Positions 35,390 to 49,861 of a stretch of 64,000 nucleotides of DNA are shown here, one piece after another. The stretch spans positions 682,001 through 746,000 of the forward strand of contig OZ251234.1 of NCBI GenBank assembly GCA_965240325.2, read 5' to 3'. The position numbers were made by a program, and so were the translations under genes. A model generated the notes under the pieces. That model was given only the letters and a program-made list of their open reading frames with translations, had not been told where the DNA came from and ran no database searches. This stretch comes from Rebecca billardiae RCC1528 (Eukaryota > Protista > Haptophyta). Numbering within the stretch: the first letter of the stretch is position 1; each line of letters begins with the position of its first letter.

Positions 35390-36972
35390 CGCCGGCGGTG
35401 CCGCCGCTGCGGTGGAGGTCTCGAGGGCGGCGCGCCTCGAGCAGTCCGTGCAGGAGCTCGTCAGCACAGACTCTGGCCTGGCGGTGTGCGCTGCGGCCCG
35501 CCCGCGCCCGCAGCGCTGCCCCTCTCGCCGGCCAGCGAGCCCGACGGCGCAGCCAGAGCCCGCGGCGCCCTCGCGCGTCGCTGCGCCGAGGGTGCTGATC
35601 TGTGCCCCGCCCCCGGCGCGCGTGCACCCCGACGCCGCGGCGCCGCCTCCCTCCGCACGCGCGCACACAGATCATCATCATCGCTACCATCCTCCTCTGC
35701 ATCATCTGCGTGTGCGTGTGCGTGCGGCTGCGGCGCAGCCATACCGCCAAGGTGGAGGACGAGGACGCGGGCGCGCGCGAGTTCGCCGCCGAGCACTTCG
35801 CCGACGGGCACGACGGCGCGCCGGCCGCGGAGCCCGAGGCGGCGCAGCCGGGCCAGACGGGGCTCGAGGCGGGCGCGGCTCCGACGCCGGTGCACCTTGC
35901 GCAGCGCGGGCGCAGCATAGGCCCCGGCCAGATGGCGAAGCGGCACCAACCGCTGACTGAGGCGGAGACCAAGTACTGCAGCAGCGGCGGCGGCAGCGGC
36001 GCGCAGCCGGCAGCCGAGCCACCGCTGCCGCCGCGCTCGGCGCCGCCCATGCTCGACGCGTCGACGAGCGTCAGCGAGCAGCTCGGCACGCTGCCGCCCC
36101 TGCACCGCCCGCCGCCGCAGCCGCCTCTCCGGTTTGGGACCCCCGGGCCAACCTCCCCACCCGAGGCTGCGCGCGTGACGATCAGCAAGCCGCGCTCGCC
36201 GCGCGCCGCGCGCAAGCAGAGCGCGCCGCGCACCGCGGCATGCCGATACAGCGAGATGCCCGCGCGCAGGGCGATGGCGATGGCCCAGGAGACGGCGCAG
36301 AAGCATCGCGCGCCGCCGAGCGCGCGCGCGCCCCCGCCGCGGCTGCTACTGGAGCCCCTGCCGCACGCGCCGGCCGCGCCGCTCACGCCGCCCGGGCCAG
36401 AGCTGGTCACTTTCAGACTCGGCGAGGTCCCTCCGACCGCGCAGCGGTACCACGAGCCGGCGCCGAGCGCGCACCCGTTCGCCACGGCGGCGGGCGAGCT
36501 CGAGACCGCGCCGTGCGTCTTCCACGTGGCAGACGCGCCGACGACCGCCGCGCGGCCGGGCGGCAGCCCGAGCGCGCCGCCCGCGCTGAGCGCGGCTGGC
36601 AGGCTGCGGCCGGCCACGACGGCCAGCCTCGGCATCGCGCCTGAGCTGGTGCCGCCGCCGACGTTTGGCGGCGCGTCGGTGAGCCCCCCGCCGACGGCGC
36701 CGACGGGAGGCAGCTCGCTGCGCACCCCAGGCACGCCGCCGCCAAGGCAGCCATTCTTCGACGCAGCCTCATCCGTGGCGCCAAGCCCGGACGGCGCGCG
36801 TGGCAGCCTCGCCGCGCCGACCGCTGCGCGCGGCGGCGCGCTGCCGTCGACAGCGCCGCCGTCTCCAGGCGCCAGAGTGGCCTCCAGCGACGGTGACGGA
36901 GCAAGTCCAGCACGCCGCCACTTTGTGGGTGGGCAGGACGGCGTGCCTGCGCGCTTCTCCGTGCGAGAATAA
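33909..36972 (+). CDS. Two-exon Pro-rich single-pass membrane protein (~958 aa)
   Basis: It has a signal peptide, a long PPSPP tract, Cys-rich modules and poly-Asp. The GT-AG intron 35484-35670 joins DSGLA to the TM helix IIIIATILLCIICVCVC in frame. A Pro-rich cytoplasmic tail follows. Confidence 0.8.
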
Positions 36973-37069
36973 TAATACTCGGCGCGCGTGATGGCGCGCC
37001 GCCCGCCGCCGCCACGTTACCGCATATGCGACGGGCGACGCCGTGCCGTGGCGGTGACGGAGCGGGTGG

Positions 37070-37135
37070 CACAGCTGCACCGCGGACCCCCAACTACGTT
37101 GGTTCTGACGGAAGAGGACCGCGGAACGCGATCAT
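37070..37135 (+). mobile_element. Orphan subfamily-A 3' end
   Basis: TGCACCGCGGACC-CCCAACTACGTTGG...GGACCGCGGAACGCGATCAT followed by TATTAT. No matching 5' end was seen upstream. Confidence 0.7.
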
Positions 37136-37188
37136 ATTATTATTATTTGATTAGCTGCTGGATCGTCATCTGCTGCTGATTATTATTC

Positions 37189-37191
<3 letters not shown>

Positions 37192-37264
<73 letters not shown>
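37192..37264. repeat. (TA)n microsatellite between two converging element 3' ends
   Basis: Read directly from the sequence. Confidence 0.98.
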
Positions 37265-37266
<2 letters not shown>

Positions 37267-37585
37267 GACCGCGTTCCGTGGTCCTTTTCTGCATAGAATC
37301 AATAACGCAGTTGGGGGCTCGCGGTGCCGCCGGTGGCCGTGCAATCGCGGCTCTCCGCCGTAGTCGTGGCAGTTCGCCAGTTATAAAGTCGGTTCTTTCA
37401 AAGCCAAAGCTCCGCGATTCACTTCATCTGCAGCCCGCGGGCACAGCGCGTCAAACTCAACGCACTTAGCACATCACTCAGATCCCGGAGCCCGAACAAG
37501 CTTAGTATACAGCCTCAGCACGCGGCCGCGATGATTAAATGCGATGATAATTTCAGTCGTAATTCAGTGACGCGATGATACATGT
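37265..37585 (-). mobile_element. Subfamily-A 3' end plus a 180-bp module shared with 49474-49663
   Basis: The hairpin ATGACCGCG-TTC-CGTGGTC is at 37265. 37265-37400 matches the A2 end, and 37408-37585 is the inverse of 49474-49663. Confidence 0.7.
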
Positions 37586-37604
37586 ATATATATATATATA
37601 TATT

Positions 37605-39480
37605 ATGATCGGCTACGCCGATCTTCGGGTAGTGAACAACGAAGTTGAGGGCGCACGGCCCTAGTGGCTAGTCACCATCACGCAGCTAGTGAGCTTGTGA
37701 ATGTGAGCAGCAGCCGCGGCTTGTGACGACACGGTCGGACGGTCGGACGACCGGTGCCGGTGCGGCGGGGGCAGCGGCGGCGCGACGGCGTCGGCGGTGG
37801 CGCGCTCGTACAGCGTCTGCAGCACGTGCGCAGCGTGACTGCGTGTGCAGCAGCGCGCCGCTCAGCTCCCGCCGCTCCACGCCGCCGCAGCGGCGCGCGC
37901 GGCGCGCGCCCGCCTCGGCCGAGGCCACGCCCGCCACCATCCGTCGCGCCGCCGCCAGCTGCTGCGCCGTCGGTGACGGCGGTGGGTCGAGTGCAGAGAG
38001 GAGGTGGATGAGCCAGTGCAGCCCGGACTGCGTGACGTCCACGTCCACCACCGCGTCCTCCTTCGCCACCGCCATCTCCTCCGCCCGCCCCGCCCCCCAG
38101 CGGCGGTCCCACCACTTAGTAGGCTGCGGCGACCGCGGCCCGGCGCGTCACGCCGCGCGCGCCCGGCGAGCGCTCGGATGACGAACCGGCTGGGCGGCAG
38201 CGTGGGCGGCGAGGCGACGCGCTCTCCGCCGCTGACGGAGGAGTTGACGGAGGTCGTGCGCGCGAGGTCGGCGGCGGTGTGCGCGGCGGCGCTGGGCGAG
38301 TGCGCCAGCCTCTCGCGGGCAGCACTGAGCACATGCCCCGCCGCGCGCCCGCCGCCGCCCAGGCTCCCGCGCTCGGCCGCGCGCCGCGCCGCCGCGCTGT
38401 CCGGATGGCGCACCTCCCTCGACTGCGCCGCCACCATCGCCCTCGCTCCCTGCAGTCGCCGCCCCCGCCGCCTGCCGTGACGCGCCCGCCGCGCGCCGTG
38501 GGCGGCACTCGCGGGCGTTGTCGTCGGCTGAGAGCCGGCGGCGTTGACGCGCGGGCGGCCGCCGATGGCGAGGGTGAGGACGGACATGCCGTTCGGCGCG
38601 CCTCCCTCGTCCTCGGTGCCGCCACCACCGCCCTCGCTCCCTTCAGCCGCCGCCCCCGACGCCTCCGCTTCGGGCGCTTCCGCTGCACGCCGTCGCGCCC
38701 CACGCGATCGCCCCACGCGATCGCGCACGTAGTGCCGGCAGTTGGCGACTGTTCGCGACCAGAGAGCCCATCAGAAGTGACGGTTCGTTAACTCGTACCA
38801 TAAAACTTTCCCTACAATAGGCAGAATCAAAGCCGATCGCTGCCCTTTCAAGTTGTCCAGGACACACTCGTTTTCAGAGAGCTGTTAATCCTCGCAGATA
38901 GAGATGTCGAATCCCACCCGCATGAGCAAGTCAGTAGCTCGATAGCCGTATGATATGAGAGCGCGCGGGAACGTCGGTTCGGACTACCCGCGCAATAACA
39001 TCTTTGGTTCGCTTTATGCAGAATCTCGTTTCAGTTGAATGGCGGGCGATCGTCTTTCGTTGAAACGGTGTTTTTGAAGCGCAGTTCTCTTAAGAGAAGA
39101 GGGATGCGTCTAATCTAAAACGCTGTTTTTCAGAAGCGCGTGAATCAAAGCTGACGACCCAACCTATCGTTTCTATGGTTGGCGAGCTGTTTCAGGCTCT
39201 TACAATTCAGGCATCTTACTATGACGGAATGTTCTAACACACGGCTGGTGTTATGTGCTATTCCACCCTGCATTCCCCTAAGTGTTACTATCGTTAAAAT
39301 TAAGGGGCAGTACAAACGCAATCATTGCGGCAGCGATATCCACTCATACGCGGTGGCCACCTACCGAAAAATCCCCAAAATCCTGCGCGCATCCTCTTTT
39401 TGATTTTGCGGAGCACGTGCGCCGCCCCCCCCCCGGCTTTCGCACACGCTCAGACCTTTCGGGGGGGGGCCGTGCGCCAT
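37605..39480 (-). mobile_element. Helitron2/Helentron-like element B1 carrying a copy of the 5535-6725 gene segment
   Basis: The 5' end ATGGCGCACGGCCC is at 39480 (-). The sub-TIR GGCGCACGGCCC is at ~37650-37661, followed by CAAC-GAA-GTTG and the terminal hairpin GATCGGC-TAC-GCCGATC at 37607-37623, next to (TA)n. Confidence 0.8.
37750..38690 (-). pseudogene. Captured, degraded duplicate of part of the gene at 5296-6960
   Basis: DVTQSGLHWLIHLLSALDPPPSPT vs DVTQSGLHWLVHLLSALDPPPSPT, and GMSVLTLA occurs in both. The copy is colinear with internal deletions. Confidence 0.85.
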
Positions 39481-40602
39481 AACGACGTGGTATGCAACGG
39501 GCGCAGGCGTCAGAGTCAGCAAGCTGTAGCAGCAGATCGAGCAGCAGAGACAAACACCAGGATCAGCGCTCCTCGCCGTCGTCCCCCCCCTCGAAGTCGC
39601 CCATCACTCCATCGCCGAGCGGAAGCTCGACGCACCGTCTGGCGTCGACGCGCGCGCGCCACCGCGGTGGTCGCGGTGCCACGCGTCGTCAGCCGTCGTC
39701 TCGAAGTAGTCGTCGTACGCAGCGCCCCCGCGGGCGCGGGCCCCCGGGCGCACGTGCGCCATGCGCGCGCGGGTGATGAGCATCTTGGCCTGGCCAGGCA
39801 GGCAGCGCATGCCCAGCTCGCGCCGCATGGTGCCGAGCAGCGCGCGCTCGGCGGCGGGGCGCGAGGGCGCGCTGAGGCGCGCGCGCCACGTGTCCCGCCC
39901 CATCTTGGCGATCTTCTTGAGGGTGAGGTCCACCTCCGCGCTCCACTCGCCGAACGCCCGCACGACAATCGGGACGATCGCGAGGAAGGCGTCGAGCCGC
40001 GCCTCGTACGGGCCCACCTGGCCCTCAAGCGTGCCGTAGACCTCGCGGTCGAGGAGCTGCAGCTGCTTGCGCCGCTCGCGCGGGACGAGTTCCGCGCGGT
40101 GGCGCACCGCACCGTTGCGGCCGTCGCTCACCCTGTAGCGCGACGGGCTCAGCGAGATGGTCTTGACCTCGAACAGGGTGCAGTTGCCGTGCACCTCGGC
40201 ACTCAGGTCCACCACCGGTACGCGCTTGCGGTCCGTGCCGAGCACCGCCTGCGCCTGGGCGGCGGACTGGGCGTGCACCGAGCCGAAGATGTAGGTGTCC
40301 TCCGGCACGGCGCACACACCGGCGTACGTGCGGAAGAACTCCGCCAGCACGCGGATCACCGGGTCGTGCCGGTAGCGTGCGACGTGGTCGCCGGGGAGCG
40401 CGTTGCGGCCGGACGCGCTAAGGGGCGCGTCGCCGTACGTGTCCACCCGGATGCCGGGACCCGAGGGCGAGCGCGTGGGCACGTACGCCCCGGCCGGGGC
40501 CAGCGGCGCGCAGACCGGGCTGGGGATCCCGAGCGCGCGCGCCGCGATCTCGAGCCACTCACCCTGGTGGTGGACCGCCGCGCTGCCGATCGGCAGCGCG
40601 CC
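39481..40602 (-). mobile_element. 5'-truncated non-LTR retrotransposon with a restriction-like endonuclease (CRE-like)
   Basis: The ORF ends at 39604 and contains LGIPSPVC..D.YGD..RHDPV..E..R.P.VD..FEVKT..GP..PIVVRAFGEWS, the RLE C-terminal pattern. The 3' UTR ends GCATACCACGTCGTT. A second short copy lies at 42414-42622. Confidence 0.8.
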
Positions 40603-40619
40603 TATATCTATATCTAGTT

Positions 40620-42257
40620 ATGGCCCGCGGTGCAGGGCGGAGCGCGCAGCGTGGAGCCCGCTCCGTGGGCCCTAACCACGTTTCAAAAAGATCTTTGATC
40701 AAGAAAAAAGGGACGGGGGACGATTTTCATGGCTGGAGGAGACCGAGTTTCGAATTTTGAGACCCTCTCTAACACGCATCACGGCCGAAAAAGGTCGCGC
40801 CCACGGCAAGTTCATAGTAAAGCGTGGAGTGACGCCCGTCCAAAAAACTTCACGCCCTTTAGGATCCCTAACTTAACGAACCGTTACAAGCGATTTTTCC
40901 GGCCAATGAGATTGCAGCAAGGTCCAAGGAGCGATGACGTATCTAGATAGAGATTGCCGCGAACCGATGTGACCATGTACGTCCCTTGAATCAGTTGAAT
41001 CAACTATTCAATCGCGCCGTGTCTGTATCAGGAGCCGACGAGGCAAGGGTCAGTAGCCGATGGGCCAACCTCGGCGAATCTCAATACTATCTGACACCGG
41101 AAGCGGGAGCCGGGGCGCGCGGGCCCGCGTTTTGTACGCCACGGCTGCGGCGAGACCGCGAGAGGAGGCGAGCTGACGAGCGACCGACGGGTGAGGACGG
41201 CGATGGGCAGGTGCGCGCGGCGAGTTGCGCCTGGAGCGCGCGGCTGCGGCGGGTCCCGACTGCCGTCGACATCGCGTTCGTGCCCCCGCTCACTCCGCGC
41301 GCCCCCGCCGCCCCGTGTCGATGCCTGCGCGCGGCCGCGCGCCGGTCGGCGCCGGGGCGCCCCGGCCGCGCCGCGGCAGCCGCCCTGTATTCGGGCTCTC
41401 GCAAGCTCGGGGGCAGCGGCGCCTGATGCCGGACTGATCGATCTCTGAGTCTTCGACTTCACCACGCGCCGCCCTTGCCATGCCTTTCCGGGGAGCGCCG
41501 ACGATCCGAGTCCATCGTCGACGGTCGACTCTGAGCGAGGGCTACGCCTCGGAACTGAACGGTACTCTACGAGGAGGACGAGCTGCGCGGGCGACGGTGG
41601 TGCGTGACGTCCCCAGAGCTGGCTGTGCCTCTGCAACGCGTGCCGAGCCTGATCGAGGTGTGTCAGCCCGTGCACGCGCGGCGTGCGCGAACGATCCGTG
41701 ACTGGTGCCCAGTCGCACCTCCGACCTCGGCACCGTGCTCCCTCGGGCTGTCAGCTCCGCGTGGCCTGGCGTGCACGTCGAGTTGCGCTCATGCGTCGAT
41801 CACGCCTCGCGCCCGCCTGTCGGCCGTCGCGCAGGCGCTGGTCGAACCCTACTCGGACCAGTGCAAATCATCTAACTATCCTGGCGCTGCCGGTGCGCGG
41901 TGACCCGCGGCGGGACAGCGGTCAGTCAGCAGCAGCGGCCCGAACGAATCCGCGGCCCCGCACCGTGCTCCCTGGCTGTCAGCTTCGCGTGGCCTGGCGT
42001 GCACGTGGAGTCGCGCTCATGCGTCGATCACGCCTCGTCGCATCCGCCTGTACACAATCGGCGCCGCGCCGGCGGCTGCGAAGTGCGCCGATGGGCCCGC
42101 GCCCCGGGCGCGGCGGGCGGCGGCGCGCCGCTGGAGTCTAGTTGTACGGGCATGCAACTCCGGGTCTGTCAATAGACGACTGCGATGGAGGGTGCACCGC
42201 CACCGCGGGCCCTGAACTACGTTCGTTCTACGGAAAAGGACCGCGGAACGCGGTCAT
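40620..42257 (+). mobile_element. Helitron2/Helentron-like element A3
   Basis: 5' ATGGCCCGCGGTG is at 40620, the inverted copy CACCGCGGGCC at 42201-42211, and the terminal hairpin GACCGCG-GAA-CGCGGTC-AT ends at 42257. It is flanked by TATC-type repeats. Confidence 0.8.
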
Positions 42258-42261
42258 CTAA

Positions 42262-42622
<361 letters not shown>

Positions 42623-42772
42623 AATATATATACCATTCAGGCGGGCATTGCCGGGTTGCACCCGGCAATGCTGCATTCACCCCGGTCCTACCGGAATGCA
42701 GGGCTCGCCCCGCTGGCCGCTCCGTGACCGTCAGCGCCGCGCGCCACACAGGCCACCACGACTTCATTATCA

Positions 42773-44670
42773 TCAATACTGCTGCACGCATGATGGTAGT
42801 GACAGAGTACTGGCGGTACTGCTGCGCGCATGGTATGGTACTGCTGGGCGCGTGGTATGGCACTCACATGGTCGTATGGTATGGTACTGCTGCACGCATG
42901 ATGGTATGGTACTGCTGCGCGCATGGTAGCAGTATGGTAAGTACTGCTGCGCGCATGGTATGGTACTGCCACGTGCATGGTACAGTATGGTACTGCTGCA
43001 CGCATGTTGGTATGGTACTGGCGGTACTGCTGCGCGCATGGTATGGCACTGCTGCGTGCATGGTATGGTACTGCTGCGTGCATGGTATGGTACTGCTGCA
43101 CGCAAGAAACAAACAAGCGCGCAGGTGGTGGGAGCCAAGCAAGCAGACGCAAGCGCGCAGGTGGTGGGAGAAGCAAGCGCGCAGGTGGTGGGAGTGCTCG
43201 CAGGTGGTGGGAGAAGCAAGAACCAGCAGCTCGAAGCAGCAGGCACTCCGATGCGGCACCTCCCGAAGCTGCTGCATCCTTCTGACCGCCCGCGGTTTGC
43301 AGACGAAGCGTGGCCGCGACTACGAGCCGCACGCGCACGCGGTGCGCGCAGCGGTCATGGCGCTGGGTCCGGCGAGCAGCCGGGGTGAGGTTCAGGTACG
43401 AGGGGCACACACTATTCCGCATGCGCCTTGGCACCGACCACGCGCCGCATCCACTGGGAGATCTGCGGCCGCAAGAAGCGCGCGCCTTGGCGAGGGCGAA
43501 GCATCGTAGACCCGCCACCCGCCTGCGCAGTGCTTCCGCACCGCCGGCCGGGGCGGTCCGGCACTGCTTGCTTGGTATTTGTCCGGCTTCCTCAGCTCAT
43601 ACATCATCAGTCCTCACTCCTTCACCGATCACTGCGCACCGATCTCATGAAGGGAGCGAGCAACGGAGGAAGCTGAAGCACCTTCACAGGTCCTTGCTCT
43701 CTTGAAACAGTGAGGAACCGGAAGCAACCGAGAGGAAGCTGAACTGAGGAACCTTCACAGGTCCTTGCTCTCTCCGCAGCTTCATACTGTACGGTGTACC
43801 ATGCACACAGCAGTACCATTGCCATACCGCATGCGCGCAGCAGTACCATACCATGCTCGCAGCTGAGTACCATACCATCATGCGCGCAGCAGTACGGCCA
43901 TCATGCGTGCAGCAGTACCATACTACCATGCGCACAGCAGTACCATACCATGTGCGCAGCAGTACCATACCATGCGCGCAGCAGTACCATACCATCATGC
44001 ACGCAGCAGTACCATACGACCATGCTTGCAGCGCAGTACCATACCATGCGTGCAGCAGTACCATCCCTACCATGCGTGCAGTAGTGCCATATGGTACTGC
44101 CGGCACACATGGTATGGACTATGGTACTGCTGGGCGCATGGTATCCATGGCACTCACATGGCATGGTATGGCACCGCTGTGCACATGGTATGGTACTGCT
44201 GCAAGCATGGTAGTATGGTACTGCTGCACGCATGATGGTATGGTACTGCTGCTCGCATGGTATGGTACTGCGGCGCGCATGGTATGGTACTGCTGCGCGC
44301 ACTGTAGTGTGGTACTGCTCGCTCGGTGTGCATGGTATATGGTACTGCATGGTATGTTATGGCCTACTGCTGCGCGCATGGTATGGTACTGCTGCATGCA
44401 TGGTAGGTACTGCTGCGCACATGATGGTATGGTACTGCTGCGCGCATGGTATGGTACTGCTGTGCGCATGATGGCGGTATGGTACTGCTGCACACATGGT
44501 GGTATGTACTGCTGCTGCGCGCATGGTATGGTACCGTGCCGCGCGGCATGGTATGATACTGCTGCACGCATGATGGTATGGTACTGGCGGTACTGCTGCG
44601 CGCATGGTATGGCACTGCTGTGCGCATGGTATGGTACTGCTGCGTGCATGGTATGGTACTGCTGCACGCA
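42773..44670. repeat. ~22-bp minisatellite (CATGGTATGGTACTGCTGCGCG) in three blocks, the middle block inverted
   Basis: Blocks are ~42773-43100 (+), ~43797-44100 (-) and ~44110-44670 (+). The unique segment 43100-43700 is duplicated at 44665-45250. Confidence 0.9.
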
Positions 44671-45117
44671 AGAAACAAGCGCGCAGGTGGCGGGACGGCC
44701 AAGCAAGCAGACGCAAGCGCGCAGGAGTGGTGGGAGAAGCAAGCGCGCAGGTGGTGGGAGTGCTCGCAGGTGGTGGGAGAAGCAAGAACCAGCAGCTCGA
44801 AGCAGCAGGCACTCCGATGCGGCACCTCCCGAAGCTGCTGCATCCTTCTGACCGCCCGCGGTTTGCCACGAAGCGTCCGCAGACTCGGCGAGCCGCACGC
44901 GCACGCGGTGCGCGCAGCGGTCATGGCGCTGGGTCCGGCGAGCAGCCGGGGTGAGGTTCAGGTACGAGGGGCGCACACTATTCCGCATGCGCCTTGGCAC
45001 CGACCACGCGCCGCATCCACTGGGAGATCTGCGGCCGCAAGAAGCGCGCGCCTTGGCGAGGGCGCCACGAAGCATCCGGTAGACCCGCCTGCGCAGTGCT
45101 TCCGCACCGCCGGCCGG

Positions 45118-45775
45118 GGCGGTCCGGCACTGCTTGCTTGGTGTTTGTCCGGCTTCCTCAGCTCATACATCATCAGTCCTCACTCCTTCACCGCGATCAC
45201 TGCGCACCGATCTCATGAAGGGAGCGAGCAACTGATGTAAGCACCTTCACGGGTCCTGCTCTCTTGCCGAACCGTGGCGGTCCGGCACTGCTTGCTTGGT
45301 GTTTGTCCGGCTTCCTCAGCTCATACATCATCAGTCCTCACTCCTTCACCGATCACTGCGCACCGATCTCATGAAGGCAGCGAGCAACTGATGTAAGCAC
45401 CTTCACGGGTGTAAGCACCTTCACGGGTCCTTGCTCTCTTGCCGTGAACCGTGGCGGTCCGGCACTGCTTGCTTGGTGTTTGTCCGGCTTCCTCAGCTCA
45501 TACATCATCAGTCCTCACTCCTTCACCGCGATCACTGCGCACCGATCTCATGAAGGGAGCGAGCAACTGATGTAAGCACCTTCACGGGTCCTGCTCTCTT
45601 GCCGAACCGTGGCGGTCCGGCACTGCTTGCTTGGTGTTTGTCCGGCTTCCTCAGCTCATACATCATCAGTCCTCACTCCTTCACCGATCACTGCGCACCG
45701 ATCTCATGAAGGGAGCGAGCAACGGAGGAAGCTGAAGCACCTTCACAGGTCCTTGCTCTCTTGCCGAACCGTGAG
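45118..45775. repeat. Tandem repeat of ~4 units of 158-177 bp
   Basis: GGCGGTCCGGCACTGCTTGCTTGG occurs at 45118, 45276, 45453 and 45611, and also at ~43552. Confidence 0.9.
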
Positions 45776-45791
45776 GAACGAGCCGGTGGAG

Positions 45792-46876
45792 CAAGGGCGG
45801 TCAGGGCTGCTAACTCCCAGTGCCGCGAGTGAGAGGAGGTTGGGTATCGATCAACTCGTGCGCCCTCGCGGCGCAGCGGCTATGTCTCCTGGGGCGCCGC
45901 CCTGGAGGGCGCGTGGGGTGCGCACGCCGCGTGCTCCTGCGCCCGCGGCAGCGGGCGCGGACACGGCGCGCGTGGTTGGTCGCATGCTAGACAGCACGTA
46001 GTACCCCCCCACGCCGCGCGCCGCGCTCGCCGGCGCCCTCGCCGTGCCTCAGGCCAGCCCGCGCCCGCGCGCCGCACCAAGATCCAGTTGTAGCCACGCG
46101 CCAGCCGCCGGCGCGCGCGCGGTGTGCGGTGCGGTCGGCGCGGGGCGGGCGCGCGCCCGGGGCGAGGCTCGTGTACGATCGGCGCGCGCCATGCCGCCAC
46201 GCGTCGCCGAACACGAGCTTGATCACGTTCCACGCGGCTGCTGATGGGTGCTCGTCGAGCATTCCTCAGCCATCAGAAATGAGCTTGGACAAGCGGCTGT
46301 GAGCGCGTCAGTGCGAGGAATGCGACGACTTGGGGACTCTTGCGCCATCATAGGATGCCAATCGTTCACACATCAGTGGTCTGCGCATGTCTATCGCGCT
46401 TCGCTGCCTTCCCGTGATCGTCTCAACATGAGCATTTTCAAACTTGGCCAATGCACACTCGACAGCATGAAAACGCGTGCGCCGACCCATGCGGGCGCCA
46501 GCGTGGCGGCGCGTGGCGGCATGGCGCGCGCCGATCGTACACGAGCCTCGCCCCGGGCGCGCGCCCGCCCCGCGCCGACCGCACCGCGCACCGCGCGCGC
46601 GCTGGCGGCTGGCGCGTGGCCACGGCTGGCTCTTGGTGCGGCGCGCGGGCGCGGGCTGGCCTGAGGCACGGCGAGGGCGCCGGCGAGCGCGGCGCGCGGC
46701 GTGGGAGGGCACTACGTGCTGTCTAGCATGCGACCAACCACGCGCGCCGTGTCCGCGCCCGCTGCCGCGGGCGCAGGAGCACGCGGCGTGCGCACCCCAC
46801 GCGCCCTCCAGGGCGGCGCCCCAGGAGATCGATACCCAACCTCCTCTCACCGGCGCGGCAGAGTTCGCAGCCCTTG
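45792..46876. mobile_element. Foldback MITE with ~370-bp TIRs, probably of the CAAGGG (P-like) type
   Basis: 45829-46203 is inverted at 46502-46850. The outer ends are CAAGGG...CCCTTG. The candidate TSD GGTGGAG/CGAGGAG matches at only 5 of 7 positions. Confidence 0.7.
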
Positions 46877-47164
46877 CGAGGAGGGATCCGACACTCCGGA
46901 CCCTTGATCCGACCTTAGAATCATCATCATCACTACATCTCTTGCTGTTCCCGGGGACGTAGCTGGGGGAGTTGACTGACAGATTGCACGAAAAACCGTT
47001 GGCGGCCCCAATTGGGATCTGACTAAACTGTATTCCTCGGGATACCTATTGGAAGGCCATCAACCTTGTAAGAATCACCGGACTTCGCGTGTCCTACCGG
47101 AAAACTCGCTCCGCTCGCATGCTTGTTCTTACAGAACAACCAATGCGAGCGGGGCTCGCGATTA

Positions 47165-49481
<2,317 letters not shown>

Positions 49482-49861
49482 CATCGCGTCACTGAATTAC
49501 GACCGTGAAAGTTTCATCATCAGCGCATTCATTAATCATTGCAGCCGCGTGCTGAGGCTGTATATACTAAGCTTGTTGGCTTACCGGGATCTGAGTGATG
49601 TGCTAAGTGCGTTGAGTTTGACGCGCTGTGCCCGCGGGCTGCAGATGAAGTGAATCGCGGAGCTGCCGCGCCAGGCCGAGCTAGCGCCGAGCCCGTTCAG
49701 CGCACGGGACCCACCGCCCGCCGCCGGCTGATGGCGAGAGCTGAAGACTCCCGTCCACTGCTGCGCACGCAAGGGCAGGAGTCTGACTGAGACACGCCTC
49801 GAGCTGACGGCGCGCATCGGCGGCCACGCCGACGTCGAGGCGTCCCCCGCATCGTTGTGCT

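Noticed and set aside
42688-45240. Long Cys/Trp/Tyr/Met-rich ORFs (MVWYCC repeats)
   Set aside because: These are translation artefacts of a 22-bp minisatellite open in several frames on both strands.
45118-45775. Hammerhead ribozymes in the 158-bp tandem units (CTGATGA on the minus strand)
   Set aside because: No correctly placed GAAA or stem II could be found.
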